Of a DNA stretch of 64,000 nt, positions 62,369 through 64,000 are shown one piece after another; within the stretch, counting starts at the first letter, position 1, and every line of letters begins with the position of its first letter. The stretch is from an uncultured Candidatus Actinomarina sp. Its GTDB lineage: Bacteria; Actinomycetota; Acidimicrobiia; Actinomarinales; Actinomarinaceae. Made by a program: the position numbers and the translations under genes. The stretch spans positions 919-64,918 of the forward strand of contig CACGVI010000003.1 of the NCBI GenBank assembly GCA_902576605.1. Direction: 5' to 3'. Below the pieces are notes generated by a model. The model did no database searches, had not been told where the DNA came from, and saw only the letters and a program-made list of their open reading frames with translations.

Positions 62369-63748
62369 CTATTTGATTGCTTTATCTGCTACAAGTGTAA
62401 TGACCATTGAAGAAAGCAAGCCAATAGCAAAAGTGTTCAAGTCAGCTAAACCATAAAGATCTGTGGGAATAAATATTCCACCAGGATTTACTTGGAGATC
62501 TATAAATAAATACCTGTAGAGATAAACAGAAATTAGTGATCCGACAAATGGAACTATAAGAAAAATATCCTTACTAGATTTTTTTATTCTATAGAAAGCC
62601 GGAAACACAAGGCATGCTGCAAATAAGTCGGCTACTAAAAATACATTAAATATACTCGTTACTTCAATTGATGTTACCAATGCGACACATACTACTAATA
62701 ATGTTATTAATTTAGCTTCTTTAGATTTTTTCTTAAGGATATCTAGCGAAATAGTTGATGCGATTGCATTTTCCAAAGTATCAATGCTCGATGTTACAAG
62801 CAGAGTAGCGAGAGAAACGAGCAATATAATTGAAAAATTGTTTAAATCAAGCTGTTCAATGAAGCTCAATCCAGGTGATTCTATCCCTTTTCCTGCACCA
62901 ACTGCACCACCAATTCCTAAAATTAGAATGGTTAAGAATGCACCGATTCCAGAAAAAATACTAGCTTGCTTAATTGCTTTTGAGTTTTCTGCTGAAAAAG
63001 TTCTCTGCCAATAACCCATGGAAAAAACCTCAGCGGCAGTTACAGCAATTATTACAGCTAATGCAGATTTAAGACTAAAAGTTTCGAAAGTATTTAGTCC
63101 TCCTGCATTTGCATAGGTCATTATTTCAGAAAGATTATTCTGGCTAAACCATATTGAAAAAACAATAGATAGTAATAAAATTATTCCAAAGCTCTGTAGC
63201 CTATCTGTAAAATAAGAAGCTTTAAAACCATGTCTGAACAGATATGCCAATGTCGTAATTCCAACAAGCAAACTTATAAGAATTCCACGCACAGATGATA
63301 TCGATTCAAAAACAAAAATAATTGAGGCAAATTCAGCTATTAAAAAAGCCCCCATGTATATTACTGCTACTATGGAAACAATTTTTTGAGCAATATTTCC
63401 ATATTTAGTCTCCACAAATTGCGCAAGGGTTGCTCCTTTCGGCAACAAATCTGCAATTTTAGGGCCAAAAATATAAATCAATATAAAAGGTGTGGCTGCT
63501 GAAAGAGCATAACCATAAATGTCATATCCTAATCCATACCACGCAACTTCAGCTGGAGAGGTTAGAATCCAAAGTCCCATTCCACTTGCGTAAAAACTTA
63601 AACTTAGGCCAAGTACACCCTCTGACTTATTTAAAACAAAATACTCATCTTCATTGGACTTCAAACTTCTTGTTTGAAAGTAGATCCAAGTCAAAATTAA
63701 TACAACTATTAAATAAACTACATTTGCATTCATCCATACCTCATTCAT
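62369..63748 (-). CDS. Sodium:solute symporter family transporter, probably for a thiamine precursor (ThiV-like)
   Basis: About 13 TM segments. SSS blocks (EYFVLNKS...GLSLSFYAS, TLAQFVETKYG, AYLFRHGFKASYFTDRLQ). Lies directly downstream of a TPP riboswitch. Confidence 0.75.
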   Translation of the reverse strand: MNEVWMNANVVYLIVVLILTWIYFQTRSLKSNEDEYFVLNKSEGVLGLSLSFYASGMGLWILTSPAEVAWYGLGYDIYGYALSAATPFILIYIFGPKIADLLPKGATLAQFVETKYGNIAQKIVSIVAVIYMGAFLIAEFASIIFVFESISSVRGILISLLVGITTLAYLFRHGFKASYFTDRLQSFGIILLLSIVFSIWFSQNNLSEIMTYANAGGLNTFETFSLKSALAVIIAVTAAEVFSMGYWQRTFSAENSKAIKQASIFSGIGAFLTILILGIGGAVGAGKGIESPGLSFIEQLDLNNFSIILLVSLATLLVTSSIDTLENAIASTISLDILKKKSKEAKLITLLVVCVALVTSIEVTSIFNVFLVADLFAACLVFPAFYRIKKSSKDIFLIVPFVGSLISVYLYRYLFIDLQVNPGGIFIPTDLYGLADLNTFAIGLLSSMVITLVADKAIK

Positions 63749-63762
63749 ATAAAAGTTATGGG

Positions 63763-63855
63763 ATTTGAGTCCGAGTTCCCTTCGTTAGAATTACCTAACA
63801 GGTTCTTACGGTCGGTTATTTAAACCCTCTCAGCTTTTGCTCCCGTTACCCAAAT
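63763..63855 (-). promoter_or_regulatory. TPP (THI-box) riboswitch
   Basis: The minus strand reads AUUUGGGUAACGGGAGCAAAAGCUGAGAGGGUUUAAAUAACCGACCGUAAGAACCUGUUAGGUAAUUCUAACGAAGGGAACUCGGACUCAAAU. It carries the conserved CUGAGA, ACC...GAACCUG, GGUAAU and CGAAGGGAA elements, with P1 AUUUGGGU/ACUCAAAU. Confidence 0.85.
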
Positions 63856-63910
63856 ACTACTAGCAATTGATAGTAAAAGTTATTTTTTAAGACACATTAC
63901 TATCTCAATA

Positions 63911-64000
63911 ATGAACTCAACCGAAAAAACTAATTTAAAACAACCAACTTTGCTACAGACTCTAGGTGCAATATTGGTTGCTGCTGTTATGTGGGGTTCA
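63911..64000 (+). CDS. Partial CDS (first 30 codons), probable membrane protein
   Basis: ATG at 63911. MNSTEKTNLKQPTLLQTLGAILVAAVMWGS stays open to the window edge and begins a hydrophobic helix. Confidence 0.3.
   Translation, partial: MNSTEKTNLKQPTLLQTLGAILVAAVMWGS

Noticed and set aside
1-64000. Looked for CRISPR arrays, tRNA/rRNA/tmRNA genes, IS elements, integrases, toxin-antitoxin pairs and defence-system hallmarks
   Set aside because: I found no regularly spaced direct repeats, no cloverleaf-like GC-rich intergenic segments, and no transposase, recombinase or nuclease signatures in any translated ORF. The window looks like core chromosome. Absence is by eye only and should be confirmed with tRNAscan-SE, Infernal and ISEScan.

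Overview
This is a low-GC (roughly one-third G+C by eye), densely packed bacterial chromosomal window centred on the replication-origin gene set. On the minus strand it carries dnaA-dnaN-(95 aa ORF)-gyrB-gyrA-DUF3566. On the plus strand it carries rpmH-rnpA-yidD-yidC-jag-rsmG-parA-parB, followed by cwlM-like/trxB and a NUDIX/CCA pair. That synteny is typical of Actinobacteria, so I infer a streamlined low-GC (probably marine) actinobacterium. I saw no rRNA, tRNA, CRISPR array, transposase, integrase or prophage signature. Beyond about 75 protein genes I can support two riboswitches: cobalamin upstream of an orphan BtuF-like binding protein, and TPP upstream of a sodium:solute symporter. I can also support a perfect parS site inside rsmG, paired Zur operators in front of znuACB, and paired ARG-box-like palindromes in front of argR. 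The findings most worth following up are five. (1) A leaderless 14-codon leader peptide with three Trp codons plus an intrinsic terminator/antiterminator sits upstream of a stand-alone trpB2, which is translationally coupled to a PEP-synthase/rifampicin-phosphotransferase-like enzyme of unknown substrate. (2) A tight 7-gene operon (55.7-59.9 kb) consists only of paralogous polytopic membrane proteins and paralogous single or tandem ferredoxin-like (ABM-type) barrel proteins, with no recognisable function. (3) GyrA carries a histone-H1-like (xxAKK)x8 N-terminal tail. (4) A MacB-type exporter with a peptidoglycan-binding adaptor is flanked by three paralogous Cys-motif lipoproteins. (5) recF is absent from its usual place. 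All functional calls rest on motifs I recognised by eye in the supplied translations. No database search was run.
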